Source: Pseudomonadota bacterium (GTDB lineage Bacteria; UBA10199; 2-02-FULL-44-16; JBDRGF01). From it: a stretch of DNA of 51,765 nt. Every line of letters begins with the position of its first letter. Positions within the stretch are counted from its first letter, which is position 1. Below the pieces are notes generated by a model. That model was not told where the DNA came from, did no database searches, and saw nothing but the letters and a program-made list of their open reading frames with translations. Of this stretch, positions 20,188-30,171 are shown piece by piece. A program made the translations under genes and the position numbers. The stretch lies in the NCBI GenBank assembly GCA_043818055.1, contig JBDRGF010000165.1:1-51765 (forward strand), given 5' to 3'.

Positions 20188-20792
20188 AATTTGTTATCCT
20201 CAAAATACTTATTCACAAAGCTGATAAACTTTGGATTTTTATATTTTTTCAAATACTCTTCAATAATATTTCTATCTATAGATCTCAAATCTATATCCGA
20301 ATAGATATCAAAATAAAAAACTAATCCCTTATTATAAAAATAAAGCGTATCCAAAAGCGCCTTCTCTTTTGTCGCAAAATTAACCCCATTTATCGTTTCA
20401 TATCCGAAATAAAGGTGTTCTGAGACTCCAATATGAACGATGGTCAGATTTTGAAATTTATATTCCCTCTTCTTTCCGATCTTTACAGCCCTGATCTGAT
20501 TTTTGGGGATTGTGCCAATCATCAAATGTTTAGCTAAAATTGTTTCAAAACTGATATAAGATCTTTCACACAATTTTTGGCTGAGCACATTCGGATCGAA
20601 ATCTTTCGTGACGTATATGCCTCTTGTAAATCGTTTAAGAATTTTCAACTTCTCGAGATCAGCAATTCGTCTATAGAAGGTTTTAAAGTCCTTAGAAGGG
20701 AAAATGCTCTTTAAATCACCCAAAGTGAACACTCCACACATGTCATCCTTAAATTTATCAATTATTTCAATATGTTCTACTATTTTTTTCAT
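20184..20792 (-). CDS. AbiEi-family antitoxin
   Basis: N-terminal wHTH (...RFTRGIY), SYISFETIL..H, ATKEKALLDTLY; ATGA coupling to the toxin gene. Confidence 0.82.
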   Translation of the reverse strand: MKKIVEHIEIIDKFKDDMCGVFTLGDLKSIFPSKDFKTFYRRIADLEKLKILKRFTRGIYVTKDFDPNVLSQKLCERSYISFETILAKHLMIGTIPKNQIRAVKIGKKREYKFQNLTIVHIGVSEHLYFGYETINGVNFATKEKALLDTLYFYNKGLVFYFDIYSDIDLRSIDRNIIEEYLKKYKNPKFISFVNKYFEDNKL

Positions 20793-20838
20793 ATGGACAG
20801 ATATTGTACATTTTTTGGGAATATCTGTCCATATGAAA
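20787..20838. promoter_or_regulatory. Perfect 19-bp inverted repeat, likely AbiEi operator
   Basis: tttcatatggacagatatt-N14-aatatctgtccatatgaaa overlapping the abiEi start codon. Confidence 0.7.
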
Positions 20839-20884
20839 TTTTACATCCAACTTGACCCTCTCCCCCACATGATGATAACCATCA

Positions 20885-21244
20885 ATGCCAATGTACAATG
20901 TGAAAATCAAACATGAGTTTACAGCGCTACATCAGTTGATGTCAGATGGGCGGGAGTTGGAGCCGCTTCATTCGCATGACTGGGTTGTCGAGGCGATTTT
21001 TACAGCAACAGAGCTTGATAATACAGGCTGCGTGATCGACTTTCGCGATATCGATCAGTTGCTGAAAAATACAACCGACAACTGGAGTGACAAAGGTATC
21101 GGAGCCCTTTCGGCTGAGGTGATTGCAAGATCGATCTTCGACCAGATCGATATAGAGTTCAAAAAAAATGACAACAGTCGGGTCAAAATTCAATCCGTCA
21201 CGGTCTGGGAAGATATGCTCCACGCAGGAAGTTTTTTTCAATGA
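20885..21244 (+). CDS. queD: 6-carboxytetrahydropterin synthase / PTPS family protein
   Basis: F.A.H.L...EPLHSHDW, GCVIDF, SAEVIA, VTVWE; first gene of the que operon; lacks the canonical Cys. Confidence 0.75.
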   Translation: MPMYNVKIKHEFTALHQLMSDGRELEPLHSHDWVVEAIFTATELDNTGCVIDFRDIDQLLKNTTDNWSDKGIGALSAEVIARSIFDQIDIEFKKNDNSRVKIQSVTVWEDMLHAGSFFQ

Positions 21245-21254
21245 GGGGATATAG

Positions 21255-21887
21255 ATGAAAAAGGCAATCTCACTTCTATCCGGAGGCCTCGACTCCGTCG
21301 TCTCTACGGCACTTGCTCAGAAGAGATACGAAATCTGCTTGGCACTCACTTTCGATTATGGACACAAAGCAGCGCTGAAAGAGATACGTGCTGCAAAGGG
21401 TATATCTGAAAAAATGGGTATACCTCACAAAGTCATCGAACTGCCATGGCTGGGAAACATTACAACAACAGCACTTGTTAATAAAAATATTCAAACACCT
21501 GCCGCCTATGACAGGGACAGCGTCTGGGTTCCGAACAGAAATGCCCTCTTTGCGAACATAGCGGCGAGTTTCGCTGAAAACATGAAAGCCGATTACATAA
21601 TCGCAGGGCTCAATGCCGAGGAGGGGGAGACATTCCCAGACAACAGCATAGAATTCGTTCATCAGATCAACAAGATGTTCCAACATTCAACGCTTACAGG
21701 TGTAGAGCTAAAAAGCTTTACACAAAATTTACGAAAGATTCAGATTGTTGAAAGATTCATCTCGCTGGGCTTTCAGCCACATGAAGTATGGTCGTGCTAC
21801 AACGGCGGGGAAAAACCATGTGGAAAATGCGAATCGTGCCTTAGAAGCATAGCTGCATTTATTCAACTCGGAGTTACAAAAGTATGA
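21255..21887 (+). CDS. queC: 7-cyano-7-deazaguanine synthase
   Basis: LLSGGLDS, FDYG, WVPNRN, FPD, WSCY...PCGKCESC. Confidence 0.94.
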   Translation: MKKAISLLSGGLDSVVSTALAQKRYEICLALTFDYGHKAALKEIRAAKGISEKMGIPHKVIELPWLGNITTTALVNKNIQTPAAYDRDSVWVPNRNALFANIAASFAENMKADYIIAGLNAEEGETFPDNSIEFVHQINKMFQHSTLTGVELKSFTQNLRKIQIVERFISLGFQPHEVWSCYNGGEKPCGKCESCLRSIAAFIQLGVTKV

Positions 21888-22438
21888 TCGTCGAGTTTTT
21901 AAAGGATGAGATAACCTACGATGGCACACAGCTTCGATCCCATTGGATATCAGATCAGACCGGCAAATTCGGCGATGCGATTGTCTCCTTCGTTGGCCCG
22001 GCTGACGTTGATCTATCGCACATGGTAGATCTTGAGGATGTCAAGAACAAGGAGCCTATATCCAGCAATTCGATGCTCCATTTTATAGTTGAACATTTTG
22101 ATTTAGATCTTGAAAAGACTATCTTAAGACAGAGGCTCCTCGTCTCTATAATCCATCAAGCACTTTTGAACAGCAGTAAAACTAATATCAGAAGGACAGG
22201 AGACGATCTCTACGATGACGATGCAAAACTCTCAGTCTCAATCGCAACCCTATCAATGGTATCGACTCTGATTCATACAGCCATCAATATCGACAGCAAA
22301 AACACCCCCGTTAAAACAAAGGGGCTGAACGATTACAAGATTTCACCTTTAGCATTTGCACTCGATGTGATGAAGGCGTATTCTCACGAACTGGAATCTA
22401 TAAAAGTTGCTCGCGCAAAGGTCAGAGGGGTGAAATGA
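21884..22438 (+). CDS. DUF366 family protein
   Basis: YDGTQLRSHW, MVDLED, MLHFIVEHF, RQRLL, GDDLY...KLSVSIAT. Confidence 0.85.
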   Translation: MIVEFLKDEITYDGTQLRSHWISDQTGKFGDAIVSFVGPADVDLSHMVDLEDVKNKEPISSNSMLHFIVEHFDLDLEKTILRQRLLVSIIHQALLNSSKTNIRRTGDDLYDDDAKLSVSIATLSMVSTLIHTAINIDSKNTPVKTKGLNDYKISPLAFALDVMKAYSHELESIKVARAKVRGVK

Positions 22439-23178
22439 CTAACAACGGACAGCTAGTCGAAATATTTAGCTCGATACAGGGCGAGGGTTTATATGCCGGA
22501 ACCCGCATGACATTTGTGAGATTCGGCAGGTGCTCGTTGAACTGCAAATGGTGTGACACTCCTCAAGGAAAATGTGCTCAGGAAAGTTTCAAAGTCGAGA
22601 CAAAACCGGGAAGTGGCAAGTTCAATCAGTTCAAAAATCCGGCGTCCATAACCTCCTTGAATGAACACCTTCTCTCATTCGAGGACAAATTCTTAAGCCT
22701 TACAGGGGGTGAGCCGCTTGAGCAGGTCGATTTTCTTTTGGAATGGTTGCCGACTATTGATGCGCGCAGACACATTATGCTGGAAACAAACGGCATATTG
22801 TTCCAATCCTTAAAATTTATAATCCCGCATTTAAATACCATCTCCATGGATATCAAACTTCCTTCATCCTCAGGCTGCAAAAAGTATTGGGATGAACATG
22901 CCCAATTTTTGAATACAGCCTATACGAGTGGAAAAGAATTATACGTGAAGCTTGTCGTCACGGAATCTACTTCAAATGCAGACCTTGAAAGGGCGATTTT
23001 GATAGTGAACAAAACCAACAAGTTCATACCGGTCTTCATCCAGCCCGCTTCACAGACCCTCCTCTTCCATGACACGATATCCGAAGAGCGACTTAACTCT
23101 ATCGAAAGGCTCTGCTCCGCTTATCTCCCGAATGTAAAAACGCTCCCGCAGATGCATAAAATATGGGATGTGCTGTGA
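22435..23178 (+). CDS. queE: 7-carboxy-7-deazaguanine synthase (radical SAM)
   Basis: EIFSSIQGEG, CSLNCKWCDT, LTGGEPL, LETNG, PQMHK. Confidence 0.93.
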   Translation: MTNNGQLVEIFSSIQGEGLYAGTRMTFVRFGRCSLNCKWCDTPQGKCAQESFKVETKPGSGKFNQFKNPASITSLNEHLLSFEDKFLSLTGGEPLEQVDFLLEWLPTIDARRHIMLETNGILFQSLKFIIPHLNTISMDIKLPSSSGCKKYWDEHAQFLNTAYTSGKELYVKLVVTESTSNADLERAILIVNKTNKFIPVFIQPASQTLLFHDTISEERLNSIERLCSAYLPNVKTLPQMHKIWDVL

Positions 23179-23294
23179 CCTGATCAACTTTATCTCCTCT
23201 TTTTTTACAAAATTACAATAGGTTAAAGGGTTTATAAAATTCATATAAATTCAAGGTTGATTATTTTTTTCCACCATTGTAGGGCTTTCCGACT

Positions 23295-24581
23295 ATGTTG
23301 AATTTGACTGGCACAAAACACCAAAATTTGGCTTTGTTAGCAAACTTTGGGATATCATTGACTAACACCGGTCAGCTATCAAATCCAGAGATCGACAGAA
23401 CATCTCCTGAAGCGTTTGTGAACTTTCTTACAGAAATTAAGGGTGCTCAAAAAAACGGGAATGCGATTTTTAATAACGAAACATCTCATCTTTTAAAGGA
23501 TGTCGAACAGGACGCGATCGGAGCTTTGATATTATCCTCTGCTTCACAATCGTCCTTCGCCACTGATGAGATCGCTCCATTTGTTGATGATAAAAACCCT
23601 TCAGATGATTTTCATAAAGATCTTCTTACAATCAGATCTGTCATCGAAACATATGTCCTTGGAAAAAATGATCGTGCTGAGACAAATGTGCTCTCTGCTA
23701 AGTTAAAGCGCCTCATTCTACAAAACAGCGAACATCGGCATAAATTGGAAATAGCTATCGGTTTGATAAATTACACTCTCGCTTATGACGAAATTCTAAA
23801 AGGGAAGAGTAAGATAGATTCAGATGTTTATATTCTATTTGAAGAGGCAAAAAAACAATTTATTAGGTCATCTTCAACTCCATCACATCTTGCGATGCAC
23901 TATCTCTCTGAATTGCACTTTGATGGATTTATAGTTGATGACTTCGATCTTATTGTTAAAAGCTATTTCCAGGGAAATGTTCAGCTATACGGCCCTGCCC
24001 TTTTGAATATCGCGAAAATTTTCATGCAACAGGGCAGATACAAAGAACTTCAGAAGATGCTTGAAAAGCGGGTCATGCCTCACAGCAATCACTGGCAACT
24101 GCTTGAATTTTCACCACCATTATTTGTGGCTCGGTTAAAGGCCTTATCGGGAAAATTCTCAGAAGCAGCGGAAGATTTGTGGAATGCTTATGTTCAAAAT
24201 CCTGACATCGTTAATAATATTGAAATGGATGACAATCTTTCAATCGTGACATCATTTGCGATGACAGGCGAGATTGAAAAGGCAATCACATTGCTAAATG
24301 AAATAGCAAAAGCATCCGGAAAGAGCCGTCATTTCGAACAATTGCTGGGGGACACAAAGATATCCGAAAAAAATCCGGCATACATAATAACACTCCTGCT
24401 AAACGCATCCAGGGATGAAAAAAGGCTTTCAATCGCACTTTTAAACGCAATAAGAAGGCGCCCGAACAAGGCGCTCGGAATCGAGATTGACCCAAATATT
24501 ATCATCCCAAATGCGAAATCTCCGCTGGGAAATCTAGAATTCATTCAGATTTATCCTGACGAATGGGCATCTAATTCTTAA
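23295..24581 (+). CDS. Hypothetical helical (TPR-like) protein
   Basis: 428-aa ORF with TPR-like segments (ALLNIAKIFMQQGRY, LSGKFSEA, TGEIEKAITLL). Confidence 0.7.
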   Translation: MLNLTGTKHQNLALLANFGISLTNTGQLSNPEIDRTSPEAFVNFLTEIKGAQKNGNAIFNNETSHLLKDVEQDAIGALILSSASQSSFATDEIAPFVDDKNPSDDFHKDLLTIRSVIETYVLGKNDRAETNVLSAKLKRLILQNSEHRHKLEIAIGLINYTLAYDEILKGKSKIDSDVYILFEEAKKQFIRSSSTPSHLAMHYLSELHFDGFIVDDFDLIVKSYFQGNVQLYGPALLNIAKIFMQQGRYKELQKMLEKRVMPHSNHWQLLEFSPPLFVARLKALSGKFSEAAEDLWNAYVQNPDIVNNIEMDDNLSIVTSFAMTGEIEKAITLLNEIAKASGKSRHFEQLLGDTKISEKNPAYIITLLLNASRDEKRLSIALLNAIRRRPNKALGIEIDPNIIIPNAKSPLGNLEFIQIYPDEWASNS

Positions 24582-24670
24582 CGCTGTGTACGAGTTTTTG
24601 TAGGGGCAGGTTTAAAACCTGCCCCTACAAAATCAATGTGTTACAAGAAAAACTCGCACACGGCGTTAAG
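24577..24670. mobile_element. MITE-like element with 23-bp TIRs enclosing a REP
   Basis: cttaacgctgtgtacgagttttt / aaaaactcgcacacggcgttaag (2 mismatches) around gtaggggcaggtttaaaacctgcccctac. Confidence 0.7.
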
Positions 24671-24719
24671 TATTAATTCACTATCAGCCTAAAAGCCTAC
24701 AACCTATTTACCTATTTCC

Positions 24720-26822
24720 TCACAACTCCGGTGCGATAAGTGGTCTTTCAATTCTGTAGTCTGGCGGTACATCTTTTGACGGGTATAGACGTTTTAAAAC
24801 CCAATAGCTGTTCAATACTTTTTTCACATAAAGCTTGGTCTCAAAGTATGGTACATCCTCAATCCACTCATCGACCTCGACGCTGTTCGAATTTTTCACC
24901 CACCTCATCACGGCATGTTCACCTGCGTTATACGCTGCGATCGCAGCAACTATATTTCCGCCGAAGTAATCATGAAGCCTTTGCAGATACCGGATGCCAT
25001 ACCTGATATTCTGGTCGGGATCGAAGAGGGAATCATATTGAAATGTCTCATCATCTGTTATAACCGACCTGGCAGTGGTGGGCATCAATTGCATCAATCC
25101 CACAGCGCCCGCCGTTGAAATAACATCGGCCTGAAACAGCGATTCGTTGCGTATCATCGCATAGACAAGATCAGGATCGACAGATGTGCCGCTCGTCTCC
25201 TTTTCAACATGTTTGCTATATGCCTTTGGATAATAGTTCTCCCAGATGAAGCGATCAAAACCGGACTGCAGTGGAAAATCCTTCAACACTCTCCTATAAT
25301 GACGGGATATCAAACCGACTACTGCATGGTGCATATCCTCCTGAGATGCGCGCCACAGCACGAGTTCAACTGTCGATGATGGGAAAGATTTATAATGTTC
25401 AAGCTCTTTTATAGCCAAATTCTTCAACCCAAGTGCCATCAGCAATTCGACCCGCTCCAATTCAACGGAATCTTTCTTCAGTTCTTTAATCTGGGATTTT
25501 TTAGGCTCCCAATTCCCCTTGATATCATTTTTTTCTTCTTTGAGTGAAAGCCTCTGTGAGGCCATCTCGCGATAATAGCCTGTGGGATATTGATGTATAA
25601 GCGTCAGATATAATTTCCTGGCGTTCTCCTCTTCACCCATCTTTTCATATACCCTCGCCCGCCAGTATATCGATCTGTCGCGATAATCTGAACCTCTAAA
25701 GTGCTTTTGCAGAAGTTCAAACTGGCTTAGAGCATCCTTGTAATAACCCATCTTATAATACGACCAACCCAGATACCATCGACTTCTCGCCCTCATCTGT
25801 TGAGAGCTGGAATGCTGAAGCACCTCTTTCCATTCTGTGACAGCCTGCTCGAAATTTCCCATGTCACAATATAACAGTGCCAATCGCGATTTGAGTTTCA
25901 TATAAGCACCCGAATAACGAGCAGTTGCATCCTGCAGCCTTTTAATTATTCTAATCGCCTCCTGAAAATTATTCATCTTCAGGTAGACATCTGCCAGACC
26001 GTAATCGACGGCCCTTTTCAGGCTCGGACCTACATTTCTGGAATTGAGGCTCAAATAAATTTTTAAAGATTCGTCATATTGATGAAGCCATCGTTTTGAT
26101 CTTGCTACCTGATATTCAAACTGTGCCCGCATGCCGGGAGATAATGATTTGTCCCTGACAAAAGGAAGAGCCCTCGCTATCACCTGATCGAAACTGGCAT
26201 TAGCTGCGAAGGACTTGCATATAGCATACTGCTGCTCTGGAGTGGACATCCATTTAACAAGATTCACCTTACATACATCAGAGAGCTGCTTCATATAAGG
26301 AGCAGCTTTATTGATATCATCCTCGCTGCGAGATGATAGGATGATATCCTTCAACATACCCTGAGCAACACTACACCTTTTTGCATCAAGATTAACCCCA
26401 ACCATCTCAAGTTCTATATTGAGCTTCCCATTGGATTTAAGTGCTTTGAGATATTTCTTAAAATCGGCAAGTGACTCATCGTATTTTTTTTGACTGGACA
26501 AGACCCTTGCCTCACCCAAAAGCGCTTCGTCAACCCAGACACTCTTTGAATAATGTTTTTTAAGATCGAAAAAATCCTGGTAGGCCTCTTCCAATTTCCC
26601 AGCTTCTTTTTTGCTAAGCGCACGAAAGTAGAGCGCGTGGTCTTTGAGCAAAAATTCAGAATCGCTTAAAGCCTTCGATAAAAGCGAATCTGCTTCACTG
26701 AATTTTTGATTTTTATACGCAAGATATCCCTTTGAAAAATTCTGATCAGAGGAATCCACAGCAAAGAGCTCTCCACTGAAAAATGACATCATTATAATAA
26801 TTGCTATAATAATTTTCTTCAT
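24720..26822 (-). CDS. Soluble lytic murein transglycosylase with TPR repeats (Slt70-like)
   Basis: Signal peptide, TPRs, SLT motifs RNES.F, GAVGLMQLMP.TA, AAYNAG, PYFETKLYV. Confidence 0.92.
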   Translation of the reverse strand: MKKIIIAIIIMMSFFSGELFAVDSSDQNFSKGYLAYKNQKFSEADSLLSKALSDSEFLLKDHALYFRALSKKEAGKLEEAYQDFFDLKKHYSKSVWVDEALLGEARVLSSQKKYDESLADFKKYLKALKSNGKLNIELEMVGVNLDAKRCSVAQGMLKDIILSSRSEDDINKAAPYMKQLSDVCKVNLVKWMSTPEQQYAICKSFAANASFDQVIARALPFVRDKSLSPGMRAQFEYQVARSKRWLHQYDESLKIYLSLNSRNVGPSLKRAVDYGLADVYLKMNNFQEAIRIIKRLQDATARYSGAYMKLKSRLALLYCDMGNFEQAVTEWKEVLQHSSSQQMRARSRWYLGWSYYKMGYYKDALSQFELLQKHFRGSDYRDRSIYWRARVYEKMGEEENARKLYLTLIHQYPTGYYREMASQRLSLKEEKNDIKGNWEPKKSQIKELKKDSVELERVELLMALGLKNLAIKELEHYKSFPSSTVELVLWRASQEDMHHAVVGLISRHYRRVLKDFPLQSGFDRFIWENYYPKAYSKHVEKETSGTSVDPDLVYAMIRNESLFQADVISTAGAVGLMQLMPTTARSVITDDETFQYDSLFDPDQNIRYGIRYLQRLHDYFGGNIVAAIAAYNAGEHAVMRWVKNSNSVEVDEWIEDVPYFETKLYVKKVLNSYWVLKRLYPSKDVPPDYRIERPLIAPEL

Positions 26823-26841
26823 AAACACATCCAGTCTTCTT

Positions 26842-26942
26842 AACTCTCCCCCTTTATAAGGGGGAGGTGGAGGGGGTAAATCAAATACTTACCTCCCCTA
26901 CCCCCTCCTTAGCAAGGAGGGGAATGGGTTCGGCAACAGGCT
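26842..26942. repeat. Palindromic repeat (ccccctccttagcaaggagggg type) ending in a MITE TIR
   Basis: ctccccctttataagggggag and ccccctccttagcaaggagggg hairpins; ttcggcaacaggct at 26929-26942 matches the 8847/5566 TIR family. Confidence 0.6.
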
Positions 26943-26961
26943 CACATACCACATGCCATTT

Positions 26962-29900
26962 TTAAAATGATGTTCCAAATTCCAGGATCAAAACACCATC
27001 TTTGATATTCGCACCGGTTATCGGATCCTTGAATTTAAAGTCTTGAAATCTACCACGGTTGACTATGATTATACCATATCCCAACCTTCCTTCAATTGGG
27101 AGCGCATGTCCTATCACAAAGCTTCCCCTCACTTCAGCGCCTACACTCAACAAAAAATCGTCGAAGAAATGTTTGAAGCTCGATTGATCAGGATACCATG
27201 GAAACCATACGTTTCCATAATCTGTAAAAAGAGCGCCATGTATGCTCTTCAAAAATACTGGCCATGTGCTGATGCCGCGCTCAGGAGAAACGATGGGAAA
27301 GCGATATTCGGCGGAGAGGAGCATCGCCCTCTCACCGCTAATCCTCGAATAAGGCATTCCTCTCAACGGAAAATATGTAATACTGCTTCCACCTGTGAAC
27401 AAACTCTCCCCAACGCTACCACCCATCACAAATGTATTCTGAAAGAGCTTGTCGTTCCAGGTGATGCCCCCCTTCGCCCTGAGTGCCAACACCTGGTGCC
27501 CTCCGAGATGAATATATTCCCTGTGATCACCGACAAACACGATTTGTTCGTTATTTGCCCTTGAACCAAAAGCCTTGTCAGCCATCGACCAGTAGAGTCT
27601 GGTATATCTTCCACTCTCTTTACTGATCGACGTAACATATTTCTTGGCATCGCCATATGTGAAACTGAAGCTCACAGTACCGTAGTAGCCCAGATTCAAT
27701 GGGGCCTTCTGGGGAGCAGTGAGAACGGTCTTTGGATTATGATCGCTGAACGAATATCCAAAGGAGAGCCCCCAGTTATTAAACGGAAAGGTCAAACTTG
27801 CATAACCTGTCCTTCGCTTTTCATAATAAACCTGATTGTTTGCCAGGGCGACACCTCCTGCAGCAATCGCTTCATAGGTACCCAAACCCAACACAGGCCT
27901 GAATCGATTATAGAAATAGCTGAAGAAGTAGCCCAGGTGATCGGCGTCGGTTCTATAATTGATTCCACCGGTCCAGTTATGCCATCTCAGGGGATCAAAG
28001 CCGCCAGTCAAGGCGGTCACAAATAGCGTATCATCTGCGTAAGATATCATCGGCGAGATAAATCTGGGCAGGAAGAGAGGGACTCCGAACGCGACATATT
28101 TATCCTCTTTGTATTTTAATTCTGTTTGATTCTCCCCGGCCTTCGGTTCAGCTAAATCTTCAGAAAGCTTTGCATCGACCTTCTCCCCTTTTTCAAAATT
28201 CGCAAACTCAGCCTTCTTTATCCAGCCGCCATCGAATTCCTTCACGTAGATCGTATCCTTGATCTTGATTTCGTCATGGACTCCCGAACCAATCGCAACC
28301 TTTGAGATATTAAAACCTGTCGCCGAATATGAGCTTATGTAGATATCCTTGCCATCATGAGTTGAGGGCTGAAAGAGGCCACCCAGCACATTTGTGACCC
28401 GGCGTGTGGAAGAATCGCTGAGCTTGTAACGATAGATATTATCTATGCCGTTTCTGTCTGATATGTAAAAGATCTCCTTGCCGTTTGGATGCCATATCGG
28501 GTGATTTTCCATCACCATCCCCTTGAAGGTCGTCAGGCGTTTTGGATGAGTCCCATCGATATCGTATCTGACCACCCTCCATCCATTTTTACCATCGTGT
28601 CTCACTATCAAAAACGACTTTCCATCCGGCGAAACACGGGGGTAGGCGAACTGGGTTTTGGGTTCGCTCAGTATTATCTTTGGCTTTGATTCTTCATCTT
28701 TTTTAACCGGCTGAGCTATACTTTTATTTCTTCCAATCCTCTTTTTTTCCCATCCCTTATTCCGATCTTCTTTCTTCTCTTCATCCTCCGGCACATTCAT
28801 CACAGCAACTTCGTCGTATAAGACCTTGCCCTGCACAAACATAATCTTCTTTCCATCTTCAATAAATTCAGGATCTCTCGCCCTCTCCCCCGTTGTAAGA
28901 CGTTTTGTCTTTTTTGTTTCGAAATCATACATCCAGATATCGTAATAGTAATGATAGCGCTTATATTTAGCTGCTGACGAGAATGCTATTTTCTTTCCAT
29001 CCGGGTTCCACGAAAAATACGTGGCAACCTTGTCCTTGACGAGGAGCTCATCCTTGCCACCTTCCAAATCCCTGACCCGAATTTCCGGCCCATGATGAGG
29101 AGAGGTCAAGACATAGACAAACCTCTTTCCATCTGGGGAGAGGGTGGGAAGCCTTAACTGGCTATATTTCACCTGTTCAACCACGACAGTCGGATCGGTC
29201 AGACCCTCTCCTTCAATATTCTTTTTCAGATCATCATATCTCTTGGTAAGAACATCCTTCCATTCCTTCCAGAGCTGGACGACGGTCTTTCCATAGACCT
29301 TCTTGGCCTGACGATTTATGGCAAACAGGAGCGGCGAACGCCTGATTCTCTTGTCGAACTGATGAAACTTATCCTCTCCATAAGTTGTGATAAGATAGTC
29401 CACAAATTTCAAACCATAGATGTAAATAGAATATCCCCCGGGCCATTTTGAAATCCAGCCTGTGGCCTGATCTATCGGAAGAAATTCGTCTCCCAAAATG
29501 GCGGAGCGGATCACCATCTCTGAATAGCTCCCCCTGCCCCTTCCACCATCTGTGAGCCTCGTCTCTTCGATCTGAGCTAATCCCTCGTGCATCCAGCTGG
29601 GTGTGACACCCGATGGGGCTATGATCTTGCCGAGCAGAACGCGGGGAAACCTCCAAAAACCTTCAGCCCCGTCGAGTTGAATGACATGAGTGAGCTCATG
29701 CGAGATGAGCATCTTGAGCCAGTCATCGTAGTTCGCGATAGCATCATCAGGTTCTGGTGGCGTAATCCACAGCATTATCCAGTTGTAGGGTAAGACGGAG
29801 GCCCAGCCGTTTGGATCGTCGCTGTCATCCGTCAGGATAATTTCGATCAGCCCCCACGGCTTCCAGTCCCAGCGCTGGGTCAGACCCGGGTAAATCTCTT

Positions 29901-30081
29901 CACAGATCCTAGCGGATCTCACCGCCGTATCTTCGAGCCTTTTAGGAAAGTTAATTCTGAAGTGCTTCGTCGTGATGGATTGCCACTTGTTGGATGGATC
30001 GACAAAAGCCGCGTGGGCATTTGAGATAAAAATGAAAATGGATATGATAAGAGCTGAGATGATTACGATATGCCTTTTCAT
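26962..30081 (-). CDS. Outer-membrane protein: zinc metallopeptidase + PD40/TolB-like propeller + Omp85-type barrel
   Basis: Signal peptide; HELTH...WMHEGLA; SPDGK/WNPDGK/WHPNGK repeats; PLRG, SAEYRFP, FTDYGNVW, C-terminal Phe. Confidence 0.85.
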   Translation of the reverse strand: MKRHIVIISALIISIFIFISNAHAAFVDPSNKWQSITTKHFRINFPKRLEDTAVRSARICEEIYPGLTQRWDWKPWGLIEIILTDDSDDPNGWASVLPYNWIMLWITPPEPDDAIANYDDWLKMLISHELTHVIQLDGAEGFWRFPRVLLGKIIAPSGVTPSWMHEGLAQIEETRLTDGGRGRGSYSEMVIRSAILGDEFLPIDQATGWISKWPGGYSIYIYGLKFVDYLITTYGEDKFHQFDKRIRRSPLLFAINRQAKKVYGKTVVQLWKEWKDVLTKRYDDLKKNIEGEGLTDPTVVVEQVKYSQLRLPTLSPDGKRFVYVLTSPHHGPEIRVRDLEGGKDELLVKDKVATYFSWNPDGKKIAFSSAAKYKRYHYYYDIWMYDFETKKTKRLTTGERARDPEFIEDGKKIMFVQGKVLYDEVAVMNVPEDEEKKEDRNKGWEKKRIGRNKSIAQPVKKDEESKPKIILSEPKTQFAYPRVSPDGKSFLIVRHDGKNGWRVVRYDIDGTHPKRLTTFKGMVMENHPIWHPNGKEIFYISDRNGIDNIYRYKLSDSSTRRVTNVLGGLFQPSTHDGKDIYISSYSATGFNISKVAIGSGVHDEIKIKDTIYVKEFDGGWIKKAEFANFEKGEKVDAKLSEDLAEPKAGENQTELKYKEDKYVAFGVPLFLPRFISPMISYADDTLFVTALTGGFDPLRWHNWTGGINYRTDADHLGYFFSYFYNRFRPVLGLGTYEAIAAGGVALANNQVYYEKRRTGYASLTFPFNNWGLSFGYSFSDHNPKTVLTAPQKAPLNLGYYGTVSFSFTYGDAKKYVTSISKESGRYTRLYWSMADKAFGSRANNEQIVFVGDHREYIHLGGHQVLALRAKGGITWNDKLFQNTFVMGGSVGESLFTGGSSITYFPLRGMPYSRISGERAMLLSAEYRFPIVSPERGISTWPVFLKSIHGALFTDYGNVWFPWYPDQSSFKHFFDDFLLSVGAEVRGSFVIGHALPIEGRLGYGIIIVNRGRFQDFKFKDPITGANIKDGVLILEFGTSF

Positions 30082-30171
30082 AAGTGGTAGTTTTAACTCA
30101 TCGCAACACTTTGGGCAATTAGAATATGGTGCGGAAAATCATACAAGATGATTTTTAAACCTTCACAACAA

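Noticed and set aside
23271..23295. Sixth copy of the orphan promoter motif (ccacc...tccgacta)
   Set aside because: Both boxes are degenerate, the spacing is 12 nt, and it abuts the start codon
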